Assembly: GCA_024637095.1 (NCBI GenBank)
Contig: JAGXFV010000006.1
Coordinates: 34,609-98,608 of the forward strand
Length of the DNA: 64,000 bases
Reading direction: 5' to 3'
DNA from: Actinomycetes bacterium
GTDB lineage: Bacteria > Actinomycetota > Thermoleophilia > RBG-16-64-13
Made by a program: the position numbers and the translations under genes. Position 1 is the first letter of the stretch; each line of letters opens with the position of its first letter. Of the stretch, positions 41,813-52,262 are shown piece after piece. The notes beneath the pieces were generated by a model. It was not told where the DNA came from. It ran no database searches and worked only from the letters and a program-made list of their open reading frames with translations.

Positions 41813-42366
41813 AGCGCCCCTTCGGCCCGAAGCAGGTCGACCTTGTAGGAGTCATCCGGGCCGTAGCGCCCAGGGCTGCCGTCGGACCGGACCACACGGT
41901 GACAGGGAATGACGAGAGGCAATGGATTGGCGGCCATGGCCGTGCCCACCGCCCGGGCGGCGCCCGGGTAACCCGCCTCGCGAGCAAGCGTCCCGTAAGT
42001 GATCGTATCCCCACGGGGGACGGTCAGGAGCGTCCGATAGACCTCACGCCGGAAACCCGGCTCGACCAAGAGTTCGGGGCGGAAGCCGTCGGGCCACGGG
42101 GGCGCCTCGCCTCGAGCCGCGGCCTCCAACGCATCGATCCACGCGGCCGCTTTCGGGGCCAGCCCGGGGGCGCCGCCTTTGCCCGCCGCGGTGTCGGCCG
42201 GGCCCATATCGTGCCGAGCCCCTATGGCAATAGCGGCATCATCTCTCGTCCGAGGTAGGGTGACTTCGACGATTTGCCCCTCGGCGAAGCGGGCCTCACC
42301 CGGTCCCCAAGGAGTCTCAAAAACAGCTGATTGAAGCGCCTCTGATTGTGTTGTTGTGTTACTCAT
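41809..42366 (-). CDS. ogt: Methylated-DNA--protein-cysteine methyltransferase (Ogt/MGMT)
   Basis: 185 aa. C-terminal PCHRVV active-site motif, TYGTLAREAG HTH. 4-nt overlap with rapZ. Confidence 0.85.
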   Translation of the reverse strand: MSNTTTQSEALQSAVFETPWGPGEARFAEGQIVEVTLPRTRDDAAIAIGARHDMGPADTAAGKGGAPGLAPKAAAWIDALEAAARGEAPPWPDGFRPELLVEPGFRREVYRTLLTVPRGDTITYGTLAREAGYPGAARAVGTAMAANPLPLVIPCHRVVRSDGSPGRYGPDDSYKVDLLRAEGAL

Positions 42367-42375
42367 AGTTCAAGT

Positions 42376-44244
42376 CTACCCCGTCTTGTGGACAAAGTCG
42401 TAGACCTCCCGCGCCACCTTGCCGGGCAACCCGGGCACGGCCTCCAGTTCGTCTCGCGACGCCGCCAGAAAGCGCTCGGGGGAGCCGAAATGCAGCAAGA
42501 TCGCCCGCTTGCGTTTCTCCCCCACCCCAGGCAGGCCATCGAGAATCGAGGCGTGGCCGGCCGATCGGCGCCGCGTGCGGTGAAAGCTGACGGCGAAGCG
42601 ATGCGCTTCGTCCCGCAGGCGCTGCAACAGCAGCAAGGCCGGGTCGTCGCGCCCGAGCAGCAGGGGGTCCGGGCGTCCCGGTAGGTAGACCTCTTCCTCC
42701 CGTTTGGCCAAGGAGATCACGCCGATGGCGGCATCCAGTCCCAGTTCCTCCAGAACGCCGACGGCCACCCCCAGTTGGCCTTTGCCTCCGTCGACCACCA
42801 CCAGGTCGGGAACCGATTCGAAGGAGGGATCGTACTTCTCCGGAGCAGACGTCGTTGCCCGAGCGAACCGGCGCACAAGAGCTTCTCTCATGGCGGCGAA
42901 GTCATCCTGACCCTCGGAACCGGCGATCGAGAACTTGCGGTAGTCCCCCTTGCGAGGCACCCCGCCCTCGAAGACCACCATGGAGGCGACGATGTGCTCG
43001 GGACCCAGGTTAGAGACGTCGTATCCCTCGATGCGCATCGGGGTCCCCGAAAGCCCCAAGTGGTCGCGGAGACGGGTGAGCGCTCCCCAGCGGCGTTCGC
43101 GGGAACGCTCGGCGCGCAGGCGTTCGTGCTGCAAGGCCAGGGCGGCATTGCGGTCGGCCAACTGCTGCAGCCGGCGCTTGTCCCCACGTTCCGCCGTCCT
43201 CACCGTCACTCGGGATCCGCGCAGTTCGCTGAGGAATCCGGCCGTCTGCCCGTCCCGGGCCCCAACCGCAGGCACGATGATCTGGGGAGGCAGAGTGAGA
43301 GCCATAGAGTAGTACTCGGCGAAAAATCGCCGGAGTATGTCTTCGTCGGACTCGCCTTCCACGTTCTCTAGGCTGAAGCTCCGCCGATCGCCGAGCACTC
43401 CGTCGCGCATCTGGAAGACCTGGACGTTGGCGTTGCCCTCGTCCCGCGCCATGCCCACGATATCCACGCTCCCCATCGCCGTCTGCCGCGAGCGCTGGCC
43501 CTCCATCACGTGGCGGACGGCGTCCAGCCGGTCACGATAGAGCGCCGCCTTTTCGAACTCCATGTCTTCGGAGGCCCGCCGCATACCCCCTTCGAGGCCC
43601 TGGGCGATCTCTTTCTGCCGTCCCGAAAGGAAGACGCTCACCCGGTCTATCAGTCTCCGGTACTCCTCAGGGGTGATGTAGCCTGCACAGGGAGCGTCGC
43701 AGCGTTTGATCGAATACTGCAGACAGGGGGAACCACTGTGCCGGCCCGGCGTCTTGCCCCGGCATTTGCGGAAGGGGAAGATTCGCCCCAGCGTGTCCAG
43801 GGTCTCTCTGACCTTGGCGGCATTGGCGTAAGGACCGAAGTAGGCGTTCCCCTTGCGATGCGGATGGCGCGTGAACATCACTCGTGGGAATTCGTCTTCC
43901 AGGGTCACCACGATATATGGGTAAGACTTGTCGTCACGCAGCCGGATATTGTAGGGCGGGCGATGACGCTTGATCAGGTTGTCCTCGACGATCAAGGCCT
44001 CGGTCTCGCTTGCCGTCACGATCCAGTCGACAGACTCGGCTTTGGCCCCCATCTCCGCCACCTTCAACGGGATCCTGCTCGCGGCGCTGCCTCTTACGGC
44101 CGGCAGATAACTGGCCAGGCGTCTCTTTAGCGACAGCGCCTTGCCCACATAGAGCACTTCGCCACCGTCATCTTTGAACAAATAGACGCCGGGAAGGTCC
44201 GGAGCCCCTTTTATCTGAGTGATGATTTCTTCGCGGCTGGTCAT
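42376..44244 (-). CDS. uvrC: Excinuclease ABC subunit C
   Basis: 622 aa. GIY-YIG N-domain (GVYLFKDDGGEVLYVGKA), UvrBC-interacting region, RNaseH-like and C-terminal HhH domains. Confidence 0.95.
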   Translation of the reverse strand: MTSREEIITQIKGAPDLPGVYLFKDDGGEVLYVGKALSLKRRLASYLPAVRGSAASRIPLKVAEMGAKAESVDWIVTASETEALIVEDNLIKRHRPPYNIRLRDDKSYPYIVVTLEDEFPRVMFTRHPHRKGNAYFGPYANAAKVRETLDTLGRIFPFRKCRGKTPGRHSGSPCLQYSIKRCDAPCAGYITPEEYRRLIDRVSVFLSGRQKEIAQGLEGGMRRASEDMEFEKAALYRDRLDAVRHVMEGQRSRQTAMGSVDIVGMARDEGNANVQVFQMRDGVLGDRRSFSLENVEGESDEDILRRFFAEYYSMALTLPPQIIVPAVGARDGQTAGFLSELRGSRVTVRTAERGDKRRLQQLADRNAALALQHERLRAERSRERRWGALTRLRDHLGLSGTPMRIEGYDVSNLGPEHIVASMVVFEGGVPRKGDYRKFSIAGSEGQDDFAAMREALVRRFARATTSAPEKYDPSFESVPDLVVVDGGKGQLGVAVGVLEELGLDAAIGVISLAKREEEVYLPGRPDPLLLGRDDPALLLLQRLRDEAHRFAVSFHRTRRRSAGHASILDGLPGVGEKRKRAILLHFGSPERFLAASRDELEAVPGLPGKVAREVYDFVHKTG

Positions 44245-44439
44245 CGCAGAATCTCGGACAACTTTCGCAGGTGGAGAGAGGTGGCGACGAGCCGCTGCGC
44301 AGCCTGCTCCCCGTGTCGAACGCAGAGGGCAAGCACACGCGGTCGAATGAGAAGCGCGAAGCGGCCGCAGAATTGTACCTCAGCCGCGGAGCGGGCGCCC
44401 AGAAGCTGGCACCCGATAGCGAAGACAAACGCGTGGAAG

Positions 44440-44530
44440 AGCAGTGAGACGCGGTGCGTGGCGCAGCAGTGAGGCGCGGCGCCTAGAGGCGCGGCGCTGC
44501 GACCAGGGATGGCGCGGCGCCTAGAGGCGG
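44440..44530. repeat. Repeat-rich fabI 3' UTR: ggcgcggcgcctagaggcg x2 plus cagtgagRcgcgg x2
   Basis: Direct reading: ggcgcggcgcctagaggcg at ~44468-44486 and ~44508-44526, immediately downstream of the fabI stop (44535-44537). Confidence 0.8.
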
Positions 44531-44534
44531 ACGG

Positions 44535-45326
44535 TTATTCCTCTTCCACCACCGGGGGCACTCCGGTGATGTGGTAGCCGCCGTCGACGTGCAGCACTTC
44601 CCCGGTGATCTGCCGGCTCCAATCGCTGAGGAGCGGCACGGCGGCGTTACCCACCTCTTCGATGGTGGTGTTGCGGCGCAGAGGCGAGTTGCGGTCGTAC
44701 CAGTCGAAGATCTTGCGGAAGTCGCCGATCCCCGAGGCGGCCAGCGTGCGAATGGGTCCCGCGGAGATGGCGTTCACCCTGATGCCGCTGGGTCCCAGAT
44801 CGGCCGCCAGGTAACGCACCGCCGCTTCCAGTCCGGCCTTGGCCACGCCCATAACGTTGTAATGGGGAATCGTCCGCTCCGCTCCCAGGTAGGTGAGCGA
44901 GACAATACTGCCTCCCTCACGCATCAACGGGACGGCGCTGCGGGTGGTGGCCACCAGAGAATACACGGAGACGTCCAGGGCCACCCGGAAGCCCTCACGT
45001 GTCGTATTGTAGAACTCGCCCGTCAGTTCTTCCTTGTTGGCGTAGGCGATGGCGTGAACCAGGAAGTCGAGCGATCCCCAACGCTCCCCCAGAGCCTCAA
45101 AGCACCGTTCGATCTCTTCGTCCGAACGGACATCGCACGAGAGAACGACGTCACTGCCCAGCTGCGCCGCAAGCGGGCGCACGCGCTTCTCGAGCATCTC
45201 ACCGGCGTAAGTGAAGCCCAGTTCCGCCCCTTCGCGCCTTGCGGCCTGAGCGATTCCCCAAGCGATGCTGCGTTCGTTGGCCAATCCCATTATCAGGCCA
45301 CGCCGGCCTTCCAGTACTCCTGGCAT
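44535..45326 (-). CDS. fabI: Enoyl-[acyl-carrier-protein] reductase (NADH), FabI
   Basis: ATG 45326 ([26 protein letters not shown]) with GGAGTGAGG RBS. Y-x6-K catalytic region. Confidence 0.9.
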   Translation of the reverse strand: MPGVLEGRRGLIMGLANERSIAWGIAQAARREGAELGFTYAGEMLEKRVRPLAAQLGSDVVLSCDVRSDEEIERCFEALGERWGSLDFLVHAIAYANKEELTGEFYNTTREGFRVALDVSVYSLVATTRSAVPLMREGGSIVSLTYLGAERTIPHYNVMGVAKAGLEAAVRYLAADLGPSGIRVNAISAGPIRTLAASGIGDFRKIFDWYDRNSPLRRNTTIEEVGNAAVPLLSDWSRQITGEVLHVDGGYHITGVPPVVEEE

Positions 45327-45449
45327 CCTCACTCCTTCTCCGGGGCGCTCAAGATACCACGAGAGCGACGTGTCTATCGGGAAGCCCGGAGGGTAGGTAA
45401 GCGTAAGAACTTCATCCATCCTGACTATTCGACCGGAGGTCGATCGCAC

Positions 45450-46505
45450 ATGGACGAGCTACGCGACCTGCTTGCCACCTTTGCCAACGCGCAGGGCGTA
45501 TCAGGCTACGAGGACGACATCGCCGGGCTGCTGCAAGAGCACCTGGCGGACCTGACCGACGAAGTGCGCACCGACACAATGGGCAACGTGATCGGCACCA
45601 GAAACGGTGACGGCCCGAAGATCATGATCGCCGCGCACATGGACGAGATCGGCCTCATGGTCAAGTACATAGATGACAACGGCTTTCTTCGCTTCGTGCC
45701 GCTTGGAGGGTGGATCGATCAGATCCTCCTCGGTCAGCGGGTGGTGGTTCGGGGACTCGAGGGCAATCTCTACGGCGTGGTCGGGTCCAAGCCACCCCAC
45801 ATCATGGAGCCCGATGACCGCAAGAAGGTCATCAAGCTAAAAGACATGTTCATCGACATCGGGGCGTCGTCCAGGGAAGAAGCCGAGGAGTTCGGCGTGC
45901 AGATTGGCAGCACGATCACCATCGATCGCGATCTCCGGCCTCTCAAGGGGAACCTGGTCACGGGAAAGGCATTCGACGACCGCGCCGGGGTTGCCATGAT
46001 GGTGGCCGCCATGCGCCGGTTGAAGGACATGGAGGTGCGCGCGACGGTGTTCGCGGTGGGCACGGTGCAGGAGGAGGTGGGGCTGAAAGGCGCGCGGACC
46101 AGCGCCTACGGTCTGGATCCTGACGCGGCGCTGATCTCCGAGGTCACCATTCCGGGCGACCACCCCGGGGTAACCAAGGAGGAGCGCCACGTTACCATCG
46201 GCGGCGGACCGGTGCTGACCGTGGCCGACTCCGACGGGCGCGGGATCCTGGTGCATCGCAAGGTGATCGCCTGGCTGCGCGGGACCGCCGCTGCCAAAGG
46301 AATCCCCTACCAGTTGGACGTGGGCAGCGGCGGCACCACCGACGCGACCGCGATTCACCTGGTTAAGACTGGAGTCCCCTCAGGCGTGATCAGCGTGGCC
46401 ACCCGCTACATTCATTCGCCCATAGAGGTGCTCAGCCTCGAAGACCTCGACCGAGGCGGCCAGTTGATTGCCGAGGCGGTGATGTCCGCACACGAGCACC
46501 TCTAG
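45450..46505 (+). CDS. M42-family metallo-aminopeptidase (FrvX/glutamyl aminopeptidase-like)
   Basis: ATG 45450 ([24 protein letters not shown]...). HMDEIG, DDRAG metal-binding blocks. The upstream part of the 644-aa track ORF is antisense to fabI and rejected. Confidence 0.85.
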   Translation: MDELRDLLATFANAQGVSGYEDDIAGLLQEHLADLTDEVRTDTMGNVIGTRNGDGPKIMIAAHMDEIGLMVKYIDDNGFLRFVPLGGWIDQILLGQRVVVRGLEGNLYGVVGSKPPHIMEPDDRKKVIKLKDMFIDIGASSREEAEEFGVQIGSTITIDRDLRPLKGNLVTGKAFDDRAGVAMMVAAMRRLKDMEVRATVFAVGTVQEEVGLKGARTSAYGLDPDAALISEVTIPGDHPGVTKEERHVTIGGGPVLTVADSDGRGILVHRKVIAWLRGTAAAKGIPYQLDVGSGGTTDATAIHLVKTGVPSGVISVATRYIHSPIEVLSLEDLDRGGQLIAEAVMSAHEHL

Positions 46506-46566
46506 GAGACGTTGGCCCTCTCCCCGGACGCGCGGCCAACCAGCGGCGCGCGTCTCGCGGGGGCGC

Positions 46567-46606
46567 CGCTCAGGCTCGCGCGTCGGCGCTCAGGCTCGCG
46601 CGTCGG
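46567..46606. repeat. Perfect 20-bp tandem duplication (cgctcaggctcgcgcgtcgg x2) spanning the otsB-like stop codon
   Basis: Copies at 46567-46586 and 46587-46606. The second copy encodes the C-terminal ...TDARA plus the stop (46590-46592). Confidence 0.9.
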
Positions 46607-47417
46607 TTAGGTGCGCCAGGAGCGCGGGCACCTCGTCAAAGGCAATCTCCAAGTCGGCCCACTGGAGGAGATCCTCCGGTGACTCATCGGAGACCACAGC
46701 GACGCTGACCGTGTATGCCTCCGAGCTCGAGCGCAGGGCTTCGAGCGCCCGGAAGGCGTCGATGTCGGTTCGGTCGTCCCCGATGTACACAGCCGCCCGC
46801 AGTTGGCGCTCCACGAAAAGGCGCCGCACGGCGGTTCCCTTGTTGATGCCCGCCGGCCGCAGGTCAACGACTTTGCGGCCGGGCAACATGACCAGATCGC
46901 GCTCCTCCGCCTGCAGTTGGGCCGCTTCCAGCACCGCTCGCCAAGCTCGCGGTTCGTCGGCGACACCCCGCGTATGCAAGGCCACGCTCGCAGTTTTGTT
47001 CTCGATGCGTACGCCGAGCGCCCGTAGTTCCGGATTGAGCTCCAGAGCGGCGGTCGCTTCCTGCACCCTCTCGATCACGTCGGGGGGCAAGAGGTAGTCG
47101 TGCTCCCCCGCGAGCAGCAACTCCATGCCGTGATTGCCCACCACCAGCACTTCGTCCAGGCCGAGCAGCCCGGCCGCGTCGGGCGCGGCTCTTCCCGAAA
47201 CCGCCGCCACCAAGCGGTAGCGTTCGGTCAGCCGGCGCACCAAGTCACGGGTGGCCTCGGGAACAAAGGTCTCGTCGGGCCGGGGACGGATGGGTGCGAG
47301 CACGCCGTCGACATCGAGGAAAATGCCCGCAGACGCAGCACGCCCGATCACCTGATCGAGAACGTCAAAGCGATGAAGGCCGCCATTGGCGGACTGCTCA
47401 TTCTGATTGTCAGCCAT
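46590..47417 (-). CDS. otsB: HAD-IIB sugar-phosphate phosphatase (trehalose-6-phosphate phosphatase OtsB-like)
   Basis: ATG 47417 (MADNQNEQ...). IFLDVDGVLAP motif I, VSGR motif II, K...GDDRTDIDAF motif III/IV. An MpgP/GpgP-type specificity cannot be excluded. Confidence 0.6.
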   Translation of the reverse strand: MADNQNEQSANGGLHRFDVLDQVIGRAASAGIFLDVDGVLAPIRPRPDETFVPEATRDLVRRLTERYRLVAAVSGRAAPDAAGLLGLDEVLVVGNHGMELLLAGEHDYLLPPDVIERVQEATAALELNPELRALGVRIENKTASVALHTRGVADEPRAWRAVLEAAQLQAEERDLVMLPGRKVVDLRPAGINKGTAVRRLFVERQLRAAVYIGDDRTDIDAFRALEALRSSSEAYTVSVAVVSDESPEDLLQWADLEIAFDEVPALLAHLTDARA

Positions 47418-48627
47418 CTTCCGCCTCACGCTCGTCGTGTTCCCGCACCTGCTGGGCAACCTCGTGGGGATCGCGCGTGGACACCACGAACCCCGTGGTC
47501 TCTTCGAAGCCCCCGGGTACGTTGACCAGGGAACGGGGCACCACCTCGGCATGCAAGTGGCCGACGGCCTCCCCACTGCGCAGCGCCACCACATAGGCGG
47601 GCACACCCCCCAATAGCGACTCGTAGCGACGCACGGTCCAGGAGAGCGCCTCGGCAAAGGCCCGGAGGTCGGGAAGGTCGTTCAGCCGCGGGACCTCTTC
47701 CTCGGAAGCGATGACAAAGGTCAGATTGCGGCTGGGCGCCGGGTGCACGGCGACGCGCACGTCTCCGAAGCGCTTGACCAGCAGATGCGGGTCGCCGACG
47801 ATGGCGCAAATGGGACACCCACCCATCGAACGACGCCCGCGCAGCGAGCGGAACAATGGAGGGAAGTCCTCCTGATCCACCGAGAAGAACTGACTGTGGA
47901 AGCACTCCAGCGACTGCCCGGACAGCGGGTTCTTGCCCCCATTGATGAAAGGAACCGGCACCAGATCGCGGTGGTAAGACCACTTCTCGAGCACCTGCCA
48001 GGAGGCCAGCAGGGCTTCTAGCGCCGGGATGGGGAGGGGGCGCTGCTCGCCGGAAGGGTTGTGCTTTAGAACCCCGATATCCATGTCGTGGTACGGCGGG
48101 GGCAGGGTCAGCACGAAGCACTCCGCCGCACTGCCCGGCTCGACCAGAATGGGAACGAAATTGAGGAAGGTGCGCACCAGGTAGGGCCGACCCGGCAGGG
48201 TCGCCGGGGTAAAGTCACCCTTCCAATCCGGGTGCCTCGTGCGCATCAGGATGCGGATCGCTTCCCAGGGGTCGGGCTCTTCGCCGGGGGGAAGGGAGGC
48301 TTCGTACCGGGTGAGGGCGGCGAAGGATTCCCGCTCGGTTTCCACGCGCGGCGGCCCCACCTTGATCTCTGCGGGAGGTTCGCTCGTGAAAACGTCCGTG
48401 GGCTGGGCTTCCATGTAGAAAAGCGTGGGCGGAGTCTGGCCGGTGCAGAAAGGGCACTTGCCGGCACCGCTGGGCCGCTGCGACCTGCGCGGGTTGAGCA
48501 GAACCTCGTTCCCGCGCAGAGGATCGATCAGCCGGAGGTGCTCTCCGCTGCGGATCTGCACGGGCAGATCCCGGCAGGCGCGGATGCGGGCATCGAGCTT
48601 TTCCACGAACGACTGATCGAGATTCAT
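47410..48627 (-). CDS. GalT/HIT-superfamily nucleotidyltransferase- or phosphorylase-like protein (DUF4921-like)
   Basis: 405 aa. CPFC zinc motif near the N-terminus and HLHAEVVPR His motif near the C-terminus. 8-nt overlap with the otsB-like gene. Confidence 0.4.
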   Translation of the reverse strand: MNLDQSFVEKLDARIRACRDLPVQIRSGEHLRLIDPLRGNEVLLNPRRSQRPSGAGKCPFCTGQTPPTLFYMEAQPTDVFTSEPPAEIKVGPPRVETERESFAALTRYEASLPPGEEPDPWEAIRILMRTRHPDWKGDFTPATLPGRPYLVRTFLNFVPILVEPGSAAECFVLTLPPPYHDMDIGVLKHNPSGEQRPLPIPALEALLASWQVLEKWSYHRDLVPVPFINGGKNPLSGQSLECFHSQFFSVDQEDFPPLFRSLRGRRSMGGCPICAIVGDPHLLVKRFGDVRVAVHPAPSRNLTFVIASEEEVPRLNDLPDLRAFAEALSWTVRRYESLLGGVPAYVVALRSGEAVGHLHAEVVPRSLVNVPGGFEETTGFVVSTRDPHEVAQQVREHDEREAEDG

Positions 48628-48728
48628 TGCGCGCTAGTATACCTAGGCGGGCTCGTTTTCCACCCGGGGCCAAGAAAACGGGCGGCCCTGGACCGCCCGC
48701 TCAAAAGCAATCAGCAGGCCGGCAGGCT

Positions 48729-50642
48729 CTAGGCCGGGCTGTTCTCTTTCTTGCCGTAGCCCCGTTCGCGCAACGCCGAGTCGATCTCCTCGAGGATAAC
48801 GGGATCGTCGATGGTGGAGGGCGGCGCAACCGACTGGCCGTCCGCGATCTTGCGCATGGTGCCGCGCAGGATTTTGCCGGAACGCGTCTTTGGTAAGCGG
48901 GAAACCACCAACGCCGACTTGAACGAGGCGACGGCCCCCACCTCTTCCCGCACCATGCCCACGAGCTCCTTCTCCAGACCGGCGGCATCCCGATCCACTC
49001 CGGACTTGAGCACGCAAAGACCCAGCGGTATCTGTCCCTTGAGGTCGTCCGCTACCCCCAGGACCGCGCACTCGGCCACGTCGGGGTGTTGGGCGATGAC
49101 CTCTTCCAAGCGACCCGTGGAAAGCCTGTGGCCCGCCACGTTGATGACGTCGTCCACCCGGCCCATGATGTAGATGTAGCCTTCTTCATCGATGTAGCCC
49201 CCGTCGCCGGTGAAGTAGAAACCGGGGAAGGCACTGACGTACGACTCCACATAGCGAATGTCGTCTTCCCACAGGGTCGGCAGGCAACCAGGAGGCAGCG
49301 GCAGCTTGATGCCCACGATCCCCTCTTGGCAAGGGGGCACGTCCTCGCCGGACGGGTCGAGCATCTGCACGTCGTAGCCCGGCACCGCCTTGGTCGGTGA
49401 GCCCGGCTTGATCGGGAAGGCCTCTATACCCATGCAGTTGGCGGCGATCGGCCAGCCGCTCTCGGTTTGCCACCAGTGGTCCACCACCGGCACTCCCAGC
49501 AGGTCCGAAGCCCAGTGATAGGTATCAGGGTCGAGGCGCTCCCCCGCCAGGAAGAGGTAATCGAGGCTCGAGATGTCGTACCTCTCGAGGTGTTTGCCCT
49601 CGCTGTCCTCCTTCTTGATGGCGCGGATGGCCGTAGGCGCGGTGAACAGCACCCGAACCTTGTGATCCTGGATCACCCGCCAGAAGGCGCCGGCATCCGG
49701 GGTGCCCACCGGCTTGCCCTCGTAGAGCACCGTGGTGCACCCGTAAAAAAGCGGTCCGTAGACGATGTACGAGTGACCCACCACCCAGCCGACGTCGGAG
49801 GCGGCCCAGTAGACATCGCCGGGCTGCACGTCGTAGACGTTCTTCATCGACCAGTGCAGCGCGACCGCATGCCCGCCGTTGTCACGCACCACGCCCTTGG
49901 GCTTGCCCGTCGTGCCTGAGGTATAGAGGATGTAGAGGGGATCGGTGGCCTCGACCGTGGTACAGCCCACCGGATCCGCACCCGCCATAGCCGACGCCCA
50001 GTCGACGTCCCGTTGCTCGGTCATGGCTGCTTGGCACATGGGCCGCTGCAGGATCACACAATGCTCAGGCTTGGATTCCGCCATGCCGATCGCCCGGTCG
50101 AGCAGGGGCTTGTACTCGATCACCCGCTGGCCCTCGACCCCGCAGGAGGCGGACACGATCACCTTGGGCTTGGCATCGTCCACCCGCACGGCGAGTTCGT
50201 GGGCGGCAAAGCCGCCGAAGACCACGGAGTGCACTGCGCCCAGTCGGGCGGTCGCGAGCATGGCGATCACGGCCTCGGGCACCATGGGCATGTAGATCAC
50301 GACCCGGTCGCCCTTGACCACGCCCAGCCCGGAGAGCACGCCTGCGAAACGGGCGACTTCGTCGGTCAACTCCCGATAGGAGTAGCGCTTGACTTGGTCG
50401 GTCACTGGGCTGTCGTAGATCAAAGCCACTTGGTCTCCGCGGCCGGCAACCACGTGGCGGTCCAGCGCGTTGTAGCAGGTGTTCAGCCGGGCGTCGGGGA
50501 ACCAGCGGTAAAAGGGAGGATTGCGATCGTCAAGCACGCGGCTCCAGCCGGATTCCCAGTCGATGCCCTGCGCAGCTTCCCCCCAAAAGGTATCCGGATC
50601 TTCAATGGACTGCCGGTAGACGTCCTCGTAGCGGTCACCCAT
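48729..50642 (-). CDS. Acyl-CoA synthetase of the Acs/PrpE family (propionate--CoA ligase-like)
   Basis: 637 aa. N-terminal YRQSIEDPDTFWGEAAQ...NTCYNALDRH resembles PrpE. AMP-binding motif TSGTTGKPKG; conserved C-terminal K. Confidence 0.8.
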   Translation of the reverse strand: MGDRYEDVYRQSIEDPDTFWGEAAQGIDWESGWSRVLDDRNPPFYRWFPDARLNTCYNALDRHVVAGRGDQVALIYDSPVTDQVKRYSYRELTDEVARFAGVLSGLGVVKGDRVVIYMPMVPEAVIAMLATARLGAVHSVVFGGFAAHELAVRVDDAKPKVIVSASCGVEGQRVIEYKPLLDRAIGMAESKPEHCVILQRPMCQAAMTEQRDVDWASAMAGADPVGCTTVEATDPLYILYTSGTTGKPKGVVRDNGGHAVALHWSMKNVYDVQPGDVYWAASDVGWVVGHSYIVYGPLFYGCTTVLYEGKPVGTPDAGAFWRVIQDHKVRVLFTAPTAIRAIKKEDSEGKHLERYDISSLDYLFLAGERLDPDTYHWASDLLGVPVVDHWWQTESGWPIAANCMGIEAFPIKPGSPTKAVPGYDVQMLDPSGEDVPPCQEGIVGIKLPLPPGCLPTLWEDDIRYVESYVSAFPGFYFTGDGGYIDEEGYIYIMGRVDDVINVAGHRLSTGRLEEVIAQHPDVAECAVLGVADDLKGQIPLGLCVLKSGVDRDAAGLEKELVGMVREEVGAVASFKSALVVSRLPKTRSGKILRGTMRKIADGQSVAPPSTIDDPVILEEIDSALRERGYGKKENSPA

Positions 50643-50875
50643 CTTGTGACTCCCCCGGTTTCATCTAGTGTGACGAATTCAAGTCCCGGAATCTTAAGAG
50701 CGGGCTCGGAGCCTTTCAACGAGAAGACGATTAGCGGGCCTTATGGTAGGACCACCGGTCGCCGCTTCTCTGCAGATACCGAAGCTCCAGGTAGGCCCTT
50801 TCCGGAACCGCCGGGTCCACCCGCGCGAGACAGCGTCGGCTGCTCAACGCGAAGAAGCTTCGCGCTCTACCGTCT

Positions 50876-52204
50876 TCAGGAACCGTCGCCGGATCGAGAA
50901 CCTCCAGAGGCCAGCGCCCGGCGCCAGCGTGCGGCGGCGTCTTCCAGTTCCCTGGCGAGCGGTGCCGCCACCTGACCGGTCACAAGAACATCCTGATCCC
51001 GATAGTCGATCTGCACCGATCCCCGCTCCCGCACCCGCGAGAGCAACGAGCCGGCGGTGTAGGGAATGGCCGTCTCCACATCGACCCACATTTCGGACAG
51101 GGTTTCGGCCAGTTCTTCTCTCAGCCGGTCGAGGCCGCGGCTCTGCCGGGCAGCCACCGCCACCACGTGGATGTCGTCGCGGGGCGGCCGGAAGGGGTGG
51201 TCCATCTCGGCTTCCACCAGGTCAATCTTGTTGTAGACCACCACCTTGGGCTTGTGACCGGCCCCGAGTTCGTCCAGCACGTCGCGCACGGTGCTCCGGT
51301 GCTCTTTGGCCAACGGGTCCGAGGCGTCGACCACCTCGATCAATAGGTCGGCCCGGGTCACTTCTTCCAAGGTCGCCCGAAAAGCCTCCACCAGCTGGTG
51401 CGGGAGCTTGTGGATGAAGCCCACCGTGTCAGTCAGAATCAGGGTCTGCCCGTCGCCCAGACTCACCTTGCGGCTGGTGGGGTCGAGGGTGGCAAAGAGC
51501 ATGTCCTGGGTTCCGACCACAGCCTCTCCGACGAGGGAGTTGAGCAATGTCGATTTGCCCGCGTTCGTGTAGCCGACGATGGCCGCGGTGGGAAGACGGG
51601 CCTTCTCCCGGCTGCGGGCCGCGGTTTCTCGGCGCAGCCGTACTTCTTCCACGCGTTCCCGCATCTTCTTGATGCGCTCGCGGATGATGCGGCGGTCGGT
51701 TTCCAGCTGCGTCTCCCCGGGACCCCTGGTGCCAATGCCGCCGCCGGTACGGGAAAGGTGCTCCCATAGTCGGGTCAGCCGGGGCAGTTGATACTCGAGT
51801 TGGGCGAGTTCGACCTGCAGCCGTCCCTCGTGAGTGCGGGCGCGCTGGGCGAAGATGTCCAAAATCATCCCGCTACGATCGAGCACCTTGACCTTTGTGA
51901 TGGTCTCCAAGGCCCGCTGCTGTTTGGGCGATAGCTCATCGTCGGAGATCAGCAGCGTGAAGCCGGTGCGCGACTTCCATTCCTTGAGCTCTTCGGCTTT
52001 GCCCTTACCCAGGTAGTAGTTGGGGTGGACAGTCTGCCGCTTTTGCGCGAAAGAACCGACCACTTCGGCTCCGGCCGTGGTGGCCAGCGAAGCCAGCTCC
52101 TCGAGAGACTCCTCGGCCGACCAACGTGGGTCGTCGCCGGTGTCCACCGCGATCAGCAAGGCCTTCTCGGCCGGTTGGGCCGATTCGATGTATTCCTTCG
52201 TCAA
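50876..52204 (-). CDS. hflX: GTPase HflX
   Basis: 442 aa. GYTNAGKSTL G1, DTVGF G3, NKID G4, HflX N-domain. Confidence 0.9.
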   Translation of the reverse strand: MTKEYIESAQPAEKALLIAVDTGDDPRWSAEESLEELASLATTAGAEVVGSFAQKRQTVHPNYYLGKGKAEELKEWKSRTGFTLLISDDELSPKQQRALETITKVKVLDRSGMILDIFAQRARTHEGRLQVELAQLEYQLPRLTRLWEHLSRTGGGIGTRGPGETQLETDRRIIRERIKKMRERVEEVRLRRETAARSREKARLPTAAIVGYTNAGKSTLLNSLVGEAVVGTQDMLFATLDPTSRKVSLGDGQTLILTDTVGFIHKLPHQLVEAFRATLEEVTRADLLIEVVDASDPLAKEHRSTVRDVLDELGAGHKPKVVVYNKIDLVEAEMDHPFRPPRDDIHVVAVAARQSRGLDRLREELAETLSEMWVDVETAIPYTAGSLLSRVRERGSVQIDYRDQDVLVTGQVAAPLARELEDAAARWRRALASGGSRSGDGS

Positions 52205-52262
52205 CTGTGATGCTCCTCGCCCCGATTCCCTCGCCCCGTAGGCCTCGGGCCCCAGAGGCCTA

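Noticed and set aside
44168-44472. Small ORFs (86 aa minus, 63 aa plus) in the uvrC-fabI spacer
   Set aside because: They lie in a repeat-rich spacer, have no RBS or start context, and are Arg/Ser/Cys-rich nonsense. Treated as non-coding repeats.
44571-45449. First ~290 codons of the 644-aa plus-strand ORF
   Set aside because: Antisense to fabI. The M42 peptidase homology starts at the ATG at 45450 (MDELRDLL...).
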